From: Macrostomum lignano
Taxonomy: Eukaryota
NCBI GenBank assembly: GCA_002269645.1
Contig: NIVC01000034.1
Span: 124,001 to 188,000 of the forward strand
DNA length: 64,000 nucleotides
Reading direction: 5' to 3'
In this document: positions 11,293-23,379 of the stretch, in pieces
How positions within the stretch are numbered: the stretch's first letter is position 1
Layout of the letters: each line of letters begins with the position of its first letter
Notes under the pieces: model-generated
Database searches by the model: none
Told to the model about the DNA's origin: nothing
The model's input: only the letters and a program-made list of their open reading frames with translations
Program-made: the position numbers and the translations under genes

Positions 11293-13320
11293 TCAGGCCT
11301 CCTCGGAGTCACCTGTCAGAGGAATGACAAAAAAATGGCTTGCTGGATCCCTGTCCGCTCCAGCAAGATTGGCAAGCAGATTCGCAGGCAAAATCCAGCA
11401 CTTTCGCTCAGGTGTGCCAGTTAGAACACCAGATGTCATCCTGTACAAGCCGATTCCCAGACGCAAAGATGGATATGGGTTGGCGTAGATGTTGTCAACT
11501 GGGTGTAAAATCCTGCCAGTGACTTGATTAGCTTCACTTACAGCTTCGATTAGGACGCATACTTTGTCGATTATGCAACAATTATCACCTCGCTTTGTGC
11601 TGAATTTCAACGGTGGAATTCGCTGCTCATTCAACAGAAGATCGCGAACTCTGAGCACCTGCTTAACTGAATGCGCTGCCATGTGCCTTGTCACCTTTAC
11701 GCGGCGCTTTACAGATCCAAGAAAGTTTTCGAAAGGGAAAGTCGAAAAGTTGTTTAAACTGCCTAGCTTTCGGACAAACTCATCCAAATGAAGAATAGTG
11801 TGAAGATTGAAACTTATAAACTTCTGGCCGTAAAGGTGGGCAGCCCGTTCAACAAAAACTTCAATGCAAGTTTTTGCCTGCGTCCACCACTTGGAGTACC
11901 TTTCGTTGGAGTATGCGTAAATGGCGAAATGGAGGTAAAGAAAGTGGTTATACCTTTCTTCATTTAAAATGCCTTTGAAGAGGACAGGTCCTAGGTACAG
12001 CAAGTACTGTCTGAATTCAGTAGCCTTCATGTGCTTCAGTTCCAAGTCGATTTTCCGGGGTCTTCGTTGAAAGTTTGAAGGTGTCCAACCGGCAGCCATA
12101 GTAATTCGGTCGCCCAATAGGCTCATCGGACCGGGATAGACGAGACACTTCTTGCCATTAGATTTGTCGAAAAATAGGTAAAATAGCTTCCTTGTGACTC
12201 CAAGGCATACGGCATGCTGGTAGTCAGGGGGAAAAGCATCGACAAAACTAATGTTAGGCAAATTTAGAAGGGGCGATAGAGCGATTTTTTTATTTTCCTG
12301 GTTAGACTCCTTTCCCTCTCGGTATTGTTGGCTGCTACGAGACTCCCCGACGCTCGTTGAAAATGTTACTCTGTTGTCGGTATAAGGTCCAGTAGCCCTG
12401 CAGTACATGCAACCGACGTACGACATGTGCCCTTGAGTTACTGAGACCCAGGCTCGAGCAGGCGCATCGCAAACAAATCGGATAGTCGAGAAGCTGATGC
12501 TTAAATTTTCGATAATTTTTATTGGACCCGTAAGAAAACGTTTAGCCTCGTCGCAAAATTGTCGAAGATAATCATTCAGAGGTGGCTTGCCACAACCAGC
12601 CCATACGGCTACTGGAAAAGGTCTGCTGAATATGCTGGGAATAGACATAAGTATGGGCCAAAGACCGAAGTGGCTTGCTCGGTACAAAGGCAAGCCGTCA
12701 AAATTAACGATGGCTTCAATTTTGTAAACCTTCTCAGTTTCACTATCGTGTTGTAGATATTCTGGCTTCATGTGCAGCTGGTTTTTGCGAAACATTAGTT
12801 CTAGATTTTTCAGAATCGAAATGTAGCGAAAATGGCCTTTTCCCATGGGCTCCAATTTTTCCGTTGGATCGCCAGCATTGATGACGGCCTCAATAGAGTT
12901 GACAGACTTCGGCGCAGGCAAGCCTATGTCTCTTAGACCATCAACAAGGAATTTTTTAGATCCACGACTTAGGTTGAAACAAGAAAAGTAGACTACCAGC
13001 AAGGCGAATATTTTATCTTCTAAAGAGCGGTCATCCTCTTTCTTGTCAATCTCCTCATCTTCATCGCTGCAAACTCGCGCGAACTCGTCAAAATCAGGAT
13101 AGCTGCCATTGTCGTTGTCAAGATCTGGATCCGTACCTTCATTGACTTCTGCTACAGAGGACTCCGAAGCGATGAAACCGGCGACTCTCCCAGAATCATC
13201 TGCTTCGAATACTTTTCTTTTTTTCTCTTGCAGTGCGATGTCTTCCAAAGCTTCTTGTTCTCCTTCCATGAACAAGCCCAGCAAATCCTTATTTGCTTGT
13301 CGCCTCAATTGCCTTGTCAT
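11293..13320 (-). CDS. CACTA/EnSpm-type (Transposase_21-like) DDE transposase, 675 aa, uninterrupted
   Basis: Motifs FDGLPL...WPI, CDAPARA, H...GCMYC, DYQHAVCLGV, KATEFRQYLLYLGP, NLHTILHL, FSTFPFENFLGSVKR characteristic of animal CMC transposases. Confidence 0.9.
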   Translation of the reverse strand: MTRQLRRQANKDLLGLFMEGEQEALEDIALQEKKRKVFEADDSGRVAGFIASESSVAEVNEGTDPDLDNDNGSYPDFDEFARVCSDEDEEIDKKEDDRSLEDKIFALLVVYFSCFNLSRGSKKFLVDGLRDIGLPAPKSVNSIEAVINAGDPTEKLEPMGKGHFRYISILKNLELMFRKNQLHMKPEYLQHDSETEKVYKIEAIVNFDGLPLYRASHFGLWPILMSIPSIFSRPFPVAVWAGCGKPPLNDYLRQFCDEAKRFLTGPIKIIENLSISFSTIRFVCDAPARAWVSVTQGHMSYVGCMYCRATGPYTDNRVTFSTSVGESRSSQQYREGKESNQENKKIALSPLLNLPNISFVDAFPPDYQHAVCLGVTRKLFYLFFDKSNGKKCLVYPGPMSLLGDRITMAAGWTPSNFQRRPRKIDLELKHMKATEFRQYLLYLGPVLFKGILNEERYNHFLYLHFAIYAYSNERYSKWWTQAKTCIEVFVERAAHLYGQKFISFNLHTILHLDEFVRKLGSLNNFSTFPFENFLGSVKRRVKVTRHMAAHSVKQVLRVRDLLLNEQRIPPLKFSTKRGDNCCIIDKVCVLIEAVSEANQVTGRILHPVDNIYANPYPSLRLGIGLYRMTSGVLTGTPERKCWILPANLLANLAGADRDPASHFFVIPLTGDSEEA

Positions 13321-13684
13321 TGTTTTCGTCCGAATCAGACTTTGATGATAGTTGACTGTTGTAATAATAATAAAGTAATTACTACGATTGCTTATTTCGT
13401 ATTAAAGAAAGGATATGAACAAAAGCTGGGAAGAATTGAAAACTATTCCTTTGGGGGTTTGTGCGCGCTGATTGGACAGGTATGGATGCGGGGACGGTAG
13501 GGCCAATGAAATTGGAAAAGCCAGGGCGGCCTTTTTCATTCGAAGAACTATAGAAGACAATTGCTTCTAGAAGCAACCTAAACCACTGAATCATTAAATA
13601 AGCATAAACTATAGTGTGAGCTCCAAACTCTTGCTTTATTTGGTACTCAGTTTTGCACTAGCATAGTCTAGTCTGCATGCTACA
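13321..13684. promoter_or_regulatory. Candidate bidirectional promoter between transposase and accessory gene
   Basis: 364-bp gap between divergent ATGs; oppositely oriented CCAAT boxes (ATTGG 13471-13475, CCAAT 13503-13507) around a GC-rich core. Confidence 0.45.
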
Positions 13685-16646
13685 ATGAAGTTTTTAGTGA
13701 TCTTTAAAGACGACCGTCAAATTGTTGAGGTCTCGGAAAGCGAAGTGAAGCTTCCTGAAGGCTTTCAAAACCTTAAGGAAGAGGAATGGTTAGAAAAGAG
13801 GGACTCCACTGAGAAGTGGAAGTGTGAAGCCTTGTATGAAGGCTGTTTTTACTCTGCTCTAATTATTCAGGTAAGCAACCGATCCCAACGATTGAAATGT
13901 TAAAATTCTTGAATCGATCTAATATTTGTACGCTCATATTTTCTCATTAATTTAAAGGTAATACTAAGCAACAACCTAGAGCCTGGGAGCTTCCGCTTTG
14001 TGCGTGAATTGGTGGCCAAAAAGACCCGACTGAACCGAATTCTCGAGTTGGTTCAACCCAGAGTCTTTCAGGAGCGTGACATGAAGAAAGCACGAAGGCA
14101 TTACCAGACTAAGGTAAAATTAAGCACAGCCCATATAATTTTTATCGAGAACTTTGTTTTCTCCGTTTTACCTTTTAAACTATTTTTTAAGAAAAGGGAA
14201 GAAATTAAATGTGAAAATAATCTTTAAAACTGACATTAACTTGATAATTTCTCATGCCGTAACCATCCCAAACAGAATCTGTCAGACGGCTCAGCCACCG
14301 ATTCCGAGGCAATCTTCGAAGATAAGAGCAGCCGCTGTTTGCAACCTCCAGCTTTGCTGCCTAAACAACATCCGCCTACGATTGCACAGTTAGCGCCAAT
14401 GCCTCCTATTAGTGATGATGAAGCAGAAGCTGGCGTAGACGCCGATATGGAAGCTGAGGCGGAAGCTGAGGCGGAAGCTGAAGTGGAAGCTGAGGCGGAA
14501 GCTGAAGTGGAAGCTGAGGCGGAAGCTGAAGCGGAAGATGAGGTGGAAGCTGAGATCGGAGCTGAGGTGGAAGCTGAGATGGGAGCTGAGGCGGAAGCTG
14601 AGGCGGAAGCTGAGGTGGAAGCTGAGATGGGAGCTGAGGTGGAAGCTGAGGCGGAAGCTGAAATAGAAGCTGAGTTCGTAGCAGATGATCGATCGACGAT
14701 TCCTAAGTCGCCTCCCACCATTTCATCTTTTAATTTTGGTTCTGGCTTTCTTAGAAAACTAGAAGAGCAGATCCAAGCCGGTGTTAGCTTTGAGCTGGAA
14801 AGTCCAAGAGGCATCAAGTTTCTGTCCTTATATGCCCTACGCGAACTTACTATGCGCAAGAATGAATTGAAAGCATTAGAAAATAGTTTGACCAAACAAA
14901 TCACCGCAATGCGCACTGAAGTGCAGAGCGTGCTACGCTTTTTGGAACCTGTTGGCGCTGACATTCCAACTGATAATTCTGAGCCTTCATTCTGGCCGAT
15001 CAACTCCTGGGAAAAATATGTGCAATTCGCTTCCAGTCCAAATGAACATATTTCTACTTTGGTAAGTTCATGACAGAGTTTTTTATTTTCTTTTCATTAG
15101 AAGAAATGCTCTAACTACTACTCAAAGCGCACTAGTACTATCACTGAAATAATAATCTATAAGTATTCTCACCTGTAAAAATCTAAACAGAAGAGCCTGC
15201 TACGTTCATGCAAGCGAGACAAGTGGTCCGATGCTTTAATGGCAATGCTTAACGAGAGCTTGTCGAAAGAGATGCAGGCGGTTATTAATTTAATCGGGTC
15301 AGACATGCGAAGCCGAGCTGTTGCTGCTGGAGTTGCGACCAACCTTACTGATGCGCAGCTTGGATTTCAGAGCACTCTGCTCAGCCATTTCCAAAGTAAG
15401 TCTACTTAATCAACGTTCAATGAGACTTTTAGAGCTAAATATCAAGAAATTAGTCGAGCACAGTGCATGCTATTCATAGTAACTTTCAACTTTTTTCCTA
15501 ACAGAAGCAATCACATTCATCTATGGCGCGACCGCTGAAGCCGGCAGGCCCTCTGAACAATCTGTAAGAAATACTTGCAGACAGCAGCTAAAGCATGGCG
15601 GTGACCGATTAAAGGGGCGGTCGCATCGCACAGGAAGCCAGCTGCTTTCCGGAGTCCAGACTCAAAGCCCCGCTTCTGACAGCGCCGTACAAAGACAGTC
15701 TCTGGTGGCAGCGACTCCAAGCCCCGCTTCTGGCAGCGCCGTACAAAGACAGTCTCTGGTGGCAGCGACTCAAAGTCCCGCTTCTGGCAGCGCCGTACAA
15801 AGACAGTCTCTGGTGGCAGCGACTCCAAGCCCCGCTTCTGGCAGCGCCGTACAAAGACAGTCTCTGGTGGCAGCGACTCCAAGCCCCGCTTCTGGCAGCG
15901 CCGTACAAAGACAGTCTCTGGTGGCAGCGACTCCAAGCCCCGCTTCTGGCAGCGCCGTACAAAGACAGTCTCTGGTGGCAGCGACTCAAAGTCCCGCTTC
16001 TGGCAGCGCCGTACAAAGACAGTCTCTGGTGGCAGCGACTCCAAGCCCCGCTTCTGGCAGCGCCGTACAAAGACAGTCTCTGGTGGCAGCGACTCCAAGC
16101 CCCGCTTCTGGCAGCGCCGTGCAAAGACGGTCTTTGGTGGCAGCGACTCAAAGTCCCGCTTCTGGCAGCGCCGTGCAAAGACGGTCTTTGGTGGCAGCGA
16201 CTCAAAGTCCCGCTTCTGGCAGCGCCGTGCAAAGACACAGCCATTCATCTTCTTTTTCCCTAGTGAGTAAAAACGTATCTAAACTGAATAATGAACGATG
16301 AATACTATGATTGCTAAGCATTAAATACTACTATCAGTAAGATAAAATGTGCATGCAGTAATTTTTTGTTTTCTTTCCAATGTCACAGACACCATCGCGA
16401 CTATCAGCGGGAGAAGTGCCGCCAGCGGCGACAGCAAAGCCGAGCTCCCAATCCAGAAAGCGAGCGAGTATTCAGTTGGATTCTCAGCCTCGAAAGCGGA
16501 ACAACCATCGCCCCCGTTCAGCAAAGTCAAAAACCAACTACCGCACTGACTGCTCTCTCGAATCTGATGACGAAACCGAATCAAGTGGATCAAACTGGTC
16601 CGAAGATCAGCGAGAGCTGGATGATGGACAATTTAAAATCTTCTAA
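13685..16646 (+). CDS. Transposon accessory protein (TnpA-like; DUF4806/BEN-like domain), six exons, 782 aa: join(13685..13870,13958..14113,14276..15061,15191..15395,15505..16262,16389..16646)
   Basis: All five introns GT-AG and in phase (total 2349 nt); contains Ala/Glu repeat, coiled coil, helical domain ending [13 protein letters not shown] (resembles the BEN/DUF4806 C-terminal motif), 18-aa repeats, basic RKR/RKRN NLS-like segment and acidic tail. Confidence 0.75.
14445..14680 (+). repeat. Coding low-complexity repeat encoding (EAEAEAEV)n
   Basis: GCGGAAGCTGAG-type units within exon 3 of the accessory gene. Confidence 0.85.
15660..16237 (+). repeat. Coding 54-bp tandem repeat, about 10.7 copies, encoding [18 protein letters not shown]
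   Basis: Period 54 measured (15721 to 15775); in frame with exon 5 of the accessory gene. Confidence 0.9.
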
Positions 16647-18919
16647 TTATGAGAGCACGTATTTTACGAGTAAATGCTGTCAAAATGATTTTAAAACTGA
16701 CATTCTTTCAACACCTTTGTTGCCAAAAACTTAACTATTTTTCGTTCTAATATTGTGTTTTAATATCAGTTCCATTTAACTTCGCTAAATAAATTCAAAT
16801 TTCATTACATTTAAGTTTCTTATTCGATTTCATTCATAGACTCAAACTAATTTTCTAAAGAACTGCAAAAAAATTTACAAAAGGCAAACTTCGTAAGCAG
16901 GTAGCAGCAAGGTTGTTTAAATTTATAATGGAAGAGACAATTGCTTAAAAAAATCAGATAGCTCTGAAAATTATTTGGAAATAAATTCAATTTTGAAACA
17001 ACCAGAAAGCTAGGCTGCTGCCAGAGCAAAATATATCAGTAAAAGCCCTGCATACTACTGTTAGTAGAGTAAACCAATTCTTGCCTTAATTTATTGGGCA
17101 GTCCACCGGGCGCCGGGTATAAGGCCGGCGCCCCGACTGGACAAAGAGTGCGCCCCGCTACCGGCCACAGGCCACCGGGCGCCGCGGTCTGCGCACCCTT
17201 GGGCGTACCAGAATTTCCCACTGGGGTAGCTCTTATTAGTAAAATTCTCTTAGCTTTTTTGTTTTACTATCTACTACTATCTAGTATACTATAGAAGTTT
17301 TTCATTGCAACTGTCAGAGAACTTATGGGTGAAAGAAAACCAAGTTTTGCTAATCTGCAGAGTTTCTAGCTGATTATTTGTCTGAGTATCAATATATTTA
17401 TTCCACATTCCTAGCATCAAATAATTCTTTAAATTGTTAAATAAGTGAGTAGCTTTTTAGGTGTGTCAAATAGTGTATTTTTTATTTATATTCAAAATGG
17501 GATACAACAATCGTAATTAGGGAAAAAATTTGGTCACAAGTCTCGCAGATAAGCAATCTATTTTCCTGAATTCACGATCAGCCAATAGCATGGCTTATTG
17601 ATCCCTGAATGCAGTTTTAAAAATATATTCTCGTACATGAGGCTTTCAAAAATTAGCTGTAATCTTGGAAAGTTATGTAGACTCATCTGAAATATAGTAA
17701 ATAGGTCCAGACTTTCACTCTGTATTCACCCATATTTATTTTTTCTCCATATTCATTTACATTATGCACTACTGGCAGTATAACGCCTGCGTATTTTGCT
17801 AATTTCTCTCTCTAATTTGAGAATTATTTCTATGAATATTATAATTAGTGTATTTTAGTATTGTATCATTGTTTTTACTTCCCTTAGCACAGTCTTTAGG
17901 ACTTTATTCTTAGCTATTTTTGTGTCTGTTAATTATTAATTTCGATCACGACAACTTTGACAGCTCTGCTTTATTACTGTTGTGTCGTGTAACCTGACAG
18001 ACCAACTTAATGATAGATAATATTTTACGAATGTTTCTACTATAACGTAAATGCTACCTATATTATTATTATTGCCTATTGCTTATACTGCCACTTTAAG
18101 TAGAGTAGTTGATAAATTATCTGTATAATGTATTATTAATCACGTGATATCTCTAGCTCTTGAATTTATCGATCGTGCAGTTTTTCTAGTGTAGTTAAAA
18201 TATCGATCATGTAGTTTTTCTTAAATAACGAAAATATAAATAAAGCAACTGTGCGCACCTAGCACTCTATTTTTCAACTCAACTGGAAAACTTCAAGCCT
18301 TGGCTACACAACAATTACCCCAGAAGTTATTTGAAGTTATCCCAAATCTTCAATTGCATCGTGTTTTAAATGGTGTATCAGAATGGTTCTAAGCTTAATT
18401 TATTCATTTATATATATCTTAGCAGCGATGTGAGTGGGTCTGAGCGAGAATTACCCAGCGATTTACGAATTTGTTATTTAGTAGAAGCTCAATGTATAAA
18501 ATTCGTTGAAGAGAGATACAGCTGGTGCCTTTAGTGATGCCTGGAAAGCTCGCTAAGAACCCCTGGCAATAAAGCTGTCCCTGTCCCTCCATGGTCAATG
18601 CGATCCAGTCTCAGCAGTGTCCCTTTTACATCGACTTCTAAATTAAATCCAACTTCAAGAGATTGATAACAATAAGAAACTAGTTCGCAGACTAACCAAG
18701 AGTGTATTCTAGTCGGAAATCTGATTTTCGTGATTGTTGTGACATCACCTAATGATCTAGAATCTTACAATACATTGTCTGACTGACAGATATACATCAG
18801 TGCAGATTCTTCAGAGCCTAAATTCAAATAAAAATGCTTGTCTTCGGAATTCGTTTAATCTTATTACTAGTACATATATCTTGAGGTTAGGGTCCAGGGT
18901 TCCGGGTTTAGGGTCCACG

Positions 18920-19300
18920 CCGAGACCTAGACCCTGACGGATGCCTTGGAGAGGCAGCTGGACGCTGCGCGTGAGCGGCCATGCTGCGTGTGGCGGTGGG
19001 AGTGCGCAGCAGTCCAGGCAGCGAGACCAACGCCGCGCTCTACACGAGGGCACGCCCGATGCGGCCTTCTGGCCTGCTGCGCGGGCGGCGACTTCGACTG
19101 GCTGGCCACGTCATCCGGTCGGAGGGCCGCTGCCCTGAGCCGCTGCACGAAGTGCTCTCTCTTTCTTGCGGCACCCCACAACGCTGCCCTAGCAGTCTGT
19201 TAGGGGAAAAACGATCGAAGTGCTGCTGCTCAAGCTGCAAGGACCGCGCAGGCGAGGCCAAGGGCGAACCGCGAGATATCCGGACAGGCTTTTGACCGAT
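18920..19300 (+). mobile_element. 5'-truncated degenerate RTE-clade non-LTR retrotransposon fragment
   Basis: Translates (one stop, one frameshift) as ET*TLTDALERQLDAA / MLRVAVGV...ALY...LLRGRRLRLAGHVIRSE, matching the RTE post-RT region (ETWTLT...LD..Y.RMLR...RRLR.AGH). Confidence 0.7.
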
Positions 19301-19979
19301 GCTAGCGCCCCGGACCAAGCCGGGGGTGTGTGACTTTCTGAGGCCATGGCCCAGAGACGCGCTCTCTGACTTCCCCCTTTCTGGCCACTGCTGTGGCTGG
19401 CGGGTGAAGTACTTTGTGTTGTTGTGTTGCTTGAAGTTGAGTCTTTTAGTATTTACGCTGTTTCGTCTTTATATGATATGAAAAACTGAAAAGCTGAAAG
19501 ATCTAGAATGAAACGCGAGTACTTGTGCACTGAATTTTTGCGATTACTCATCCAGTTAAATTGCAAGCAAGTCACATGAGGCATTTGCTGCTTCTCACTT
19601 CTCTGCAGACAGATTTCAGCTAAGTGGCTATAAAAATTCCAAACAATAGCAGAGTATTTTTTCTCTGGTTCTTCTTTCAAAGGAGGGATGCTAGAAAATA
19701 CGGGTCTTGCCGGGTACCTACGCGCTTGTATGCTACTCTCAATGCTCAGCTATACTCATAACTCGTGTAAAATTATATACGAGTAGTTTATTTAAAAAAT
19801 CTAGGCCATAAAGTCTCTTTTATTCCGATGACAATTGAGCAAACTTATTATTAAAAGAAAAGCAACTGACTGTGAAGTGAAGTAACACACTTACAAAAAG
19901 CCTACCCACCCAACTATAAAGCACAAAAATCTGAGAACAGTTCCTATAAGAGCAGCCGCCCTGCTTGATCCTTGTTTCT

Positions 19980-22947
19980 ATGAAAATGTCGACGTCATCT
20001 GAAGCAATGGTAAGCGTTAAAACAACTGAGAGATACTTGTTAGTTAAATCGTCAATGCATCAAAGTTAATTTTACATGGGCAACTTGATAGTATGGCAAA
20101 TATTGTTCTTCAGATATACATGTATACATGTGCATGTACATTTAATGTATTTTTTTATAACATCATGATCTGCTTGAATGGATTTCGGTAAAGTGAATGT
20201 ATTGATATCTCTATTATTTAGCTATAATTATTTCACGCTAAACGCAGGTGCGAGTTCGATTGCAGCACAGTCTGTCTAGCGAGTCAACGCAGACCTGCAA
20301 CACAGAGGAATCTGGCACGTGCATAGACACGAACTGTCTGAACTTCAACGATGCCGAGAATCTGTACAAAATTAGCCGAATCCATGTGTGCAAAGTGAAG
20401 CTGTGCAGCGATTGGACTGAAGTAGGCCAATCATTACCTACACTTCGCATTAATGAAACTCCTTACGTTGCAGTTAAGAAATTCTTAATTGCCTAGGAAC
20501 GCTGCCAAAGCCTGTTTGAATGAGTACAGACTTCTCAAAGCGTGCAACCACGCTAAAATAGTTTCAGCCTTTGGCATGCACTCCAGTCAGTGCTTGTACA
20601 TCATGGAGGCCGGCGAGTTGAGCTTGTACAAATTGCTGCACTTCGAAACTGAGAAGCGCCAATTTCCAACGGACATTGAGGGCACTGGCAGAGAGGATCA
20701 CTACAGCTTGGCCCACTGCCTGCGTTGGATGGTACCGCTGTCGGACGCTCTCAGCTACATGCACGGCAGCAAGCTGCTGCACCGAGACGTGAAGAGTGAA
20801 AACATTCTGATGTTCAACGGCAGCCTCGACTGCAAACTGTGCGACTTTAACTGCAGTAGGTACCTGCCTGACGACTGCAGCGGCCATGAATTAACGCCTG
20901 GAGTTGGTACCGAGCTGTGGAGGGTGCCAGAGGCTGTCAGCAGGTGCTACAACAACAAATCCGACTGCTTCTCCCTTGGTGTGGTGATGTGCGATGCTGT
21001 ATTCCGTCTGACACCGCAGGAGCTGCGAAGTATATGACGCCGTTTAGCTCACAGGAAGACTCAAAAGGACAGATCTGTGTAGATCAACACTGCATTGACA
21101 TCGGTAAAAGTCCGTTCAAATACGATGCTCACAAACCTGTGTTGGACTCGATTCTTCCGATCTTGAACAACTTACTGACCTGCGACGCGACGAAGCGTAC
21201 ATCGGCGACGATGCTCAACTCCAAGCTAACAGCTCTGATGAAGGAGAAACAGGTGAACCAGCCTAAACAACGAAGTGTTCATGCCAATAAAAGTGCCGTT
21301 CCGCTGCATCCGCATCAAGCTAGCGACGGTGCCAGCACCAGTCACAGCGGCAGCGCTATCGTAAGCAGCGTCTCCTTGAAAAGTCGCTGCGTATTCTACG
21401 AGTTCGGATTCAACTGCGATGACTCTGACAGGTTGGACGAAGTGAAGGAACTATGCGACCATGTAGAGAAAGTGCTGAATGCCATTGACGATCGAACCAA
21501 CAAGAGAGCCGATCCGAATGCCAAGTGTGATAAAAAAGCAATTAGATAAATAGCATGCACGGTGAGCAATTATTTAGGCCCTAGACAAACCTACTTGGAG
21601 CGTCAGAGATTTTAAAGCTATTGATCCTAATCGCCTATCGCCGGTCGGCGAGTCCTACCAGTCTTTATCCAATAGCCGCAGGTACAGTACAAGAAAAGAA
21701 AGAACACGAGGGAACGCAAACCGAAAGATTTAGAGAGTGATAATCTTATAAGAATAGCTAATAAACAATTGACTTGACGGTTTAATAACTAGTTAACTAG
21801 ATAACTAGAGTTGACAAAACGACGATAACGGTTAATAATAATAATTAGATTACGCAACTGGCAAGCAGATCTCAGCTGAGAAGAAGAGGAAGAGGAACCG
21901 AACACGACCACGGAGAAGACTCCTAACCCCTGGCCTAAACCAGAACCTACACTCAAACGAGAGCACTGCCGAATTGACCGTTCAACGGAGCACTGACTAA
22001 ATTCTATCAGCGCTGCCCTTCAGTGTGACACTGAGGCCCTCGGGGTCGAGGCCGCGTACTTGATCAGATCCGACAGTCTCTATCTAAACCGCGCTTGATA
22101 GCGACGACGTCAGACAAGGATGCCGAATCGTTACGCTACAAGACTAAAGCGGTTGGGCGGGGACAAAGTATGGACCGGGGATGACGAAATCAAAACGCCT
22201 CAAAGCGCGAACCAAAGGGAAACAGGCCACCGGCCGGGAAGCTGGAACACAAACCAAAACCGGGGACGGAGCAGGAAAGAGAAGGCGAGATCCGATTGCC
22301 AAATACACTTTCATATACAGTCAGAGTCAAACCCTCACAACCCCCCTCAAGCCGGGTGGTGGTCGTCTGGCCGGCCGCCCGTTAAGCTGATTTGCACTGT
22401 GCCCGCGGCGCCGGGTAGAACTGAAACTTGCCGCGTGCCATGGTCCAGGCCGGTTCTGATTGGCTGGCCGCGCAAAGCTGGGGTTCGCAGAAAAAAACTC
22501 AACCCTCCGCTGAGTCACAATTGGCGTCTGACTTCTAACCTGTTTACAATTAGATTTTAACTAACAAGAAAAGTACACCAAAACGCATGACTAAACTAAA
22601 GCAAAATAATAATTCAATAACAATATAGAAACTAATGCAGTCAATTTACAAACAAAATACACGCAAAGATGCTCACACTACACAAGTACAGCGCCAAGCA
22701 CGCTTTTGAAGTTCTCGACGTTGGACGTGCGCCGACTAAAAGCAACAAAAACCGACTGGCGATGTGGATAGAGCACGAAATCGGTGACGAGGACTCGGAG
22801 ATTTCGGAGAAGCTACACCAGTACTGCCAGGACCGGAAAGAGCACGTCGATTGGCTGAGGAATCAGTTTAGTGAGGACAATAACGACCTACTGTCAATGA
22901 GGCTCAGTGTGGCGACGTGTGAGGTTAAAGTTGAAACTGAAAACTAG
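19980..22947 (+). pseudogene. TKL-group, TAK1/MAP3K7-like protein kinase, disabled; exons about 19980..20009, 20248..21561, 22669..22947
   Basis: VAVKK, HYSLAHCLRW, HRDVKSENIL, CKLCDFN, GTELWRVPE, KSDCFSLG, LTCDATKRTSA subdomains; frameshift near 20488, compensating frameshift near 21030, in-frame TAA at 21547; no GxGxxG loop. Confidence 0.7.
21596..22140. mobile_element. Possible solo-LTR-like insertion in the kinase intron
   Basis: TG...CA ends with imperfect inverted repeat TGGAGCGT / ACGCTACA; no clear TSD, no second copy in window. Confidence 0.25.
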
Positions 22948-23379
22948 GACAGCATGTACTGTACATCGTATTACCAGAATGAAATTCGACTAGCCACTGA
23001 AAATTATCTGCACTAACACCTACTTAGACTGAAAGTTCTTAAAAATGTACACGATGGCTTTGAAACTGCAGTAGCCTAAATATAAAGTTAAATTCATTCT
23101 GACTCCACTCACTCTGACTAGACTCGAACTGATTCTTGGTTAAATTATTTTAAGACGCATTTCCTACTACTGCAGCTCGGTAAAACCTAAAAATAAGTCA
23201 TTTTCAAAGTTGTCAGGTTTTAAAGTTCAATCAAATTTGCGTTTAGATCTACCAACCAGAGTGTCGGGCTTACTGACTGACTTACTGAATTTAGCTGGGA
23301 TATTAAACACACTGGTATCCAAAGCAGCTTAGATTAAAGAAACTGTGGTTACAGCTGAGAGTACTGGGATTACAGCATT

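Larger units (their letters stand above)
7087..17225. mobile_element. CACTA/EnSpm (CMC superfamily)-type DNA transposon, candidate full-length copy with nested insertions
   Basis: Terminal inverted CCCAGTGG (7087) / CCACTGGG (17225); both ends share subterminal motifs AGGCCGGCGCCCC and GGGCGTACC; contains transposase and accessory gene. No TSD seen, so the left boundary is tentative. Confidence 0.6.

Noticed and set aside
10993-11488. Short ORFs after the transposase stop
   Set aside because: No recognisable motif; one is antisense to the transposase C-terminus.
14236-16248. Minus-strand ORFs (255, 243, 211 aa) over the accessory gene
   Set aside because: Antisense shadows of coding repeats; the plus-strand spliced model explains the region.
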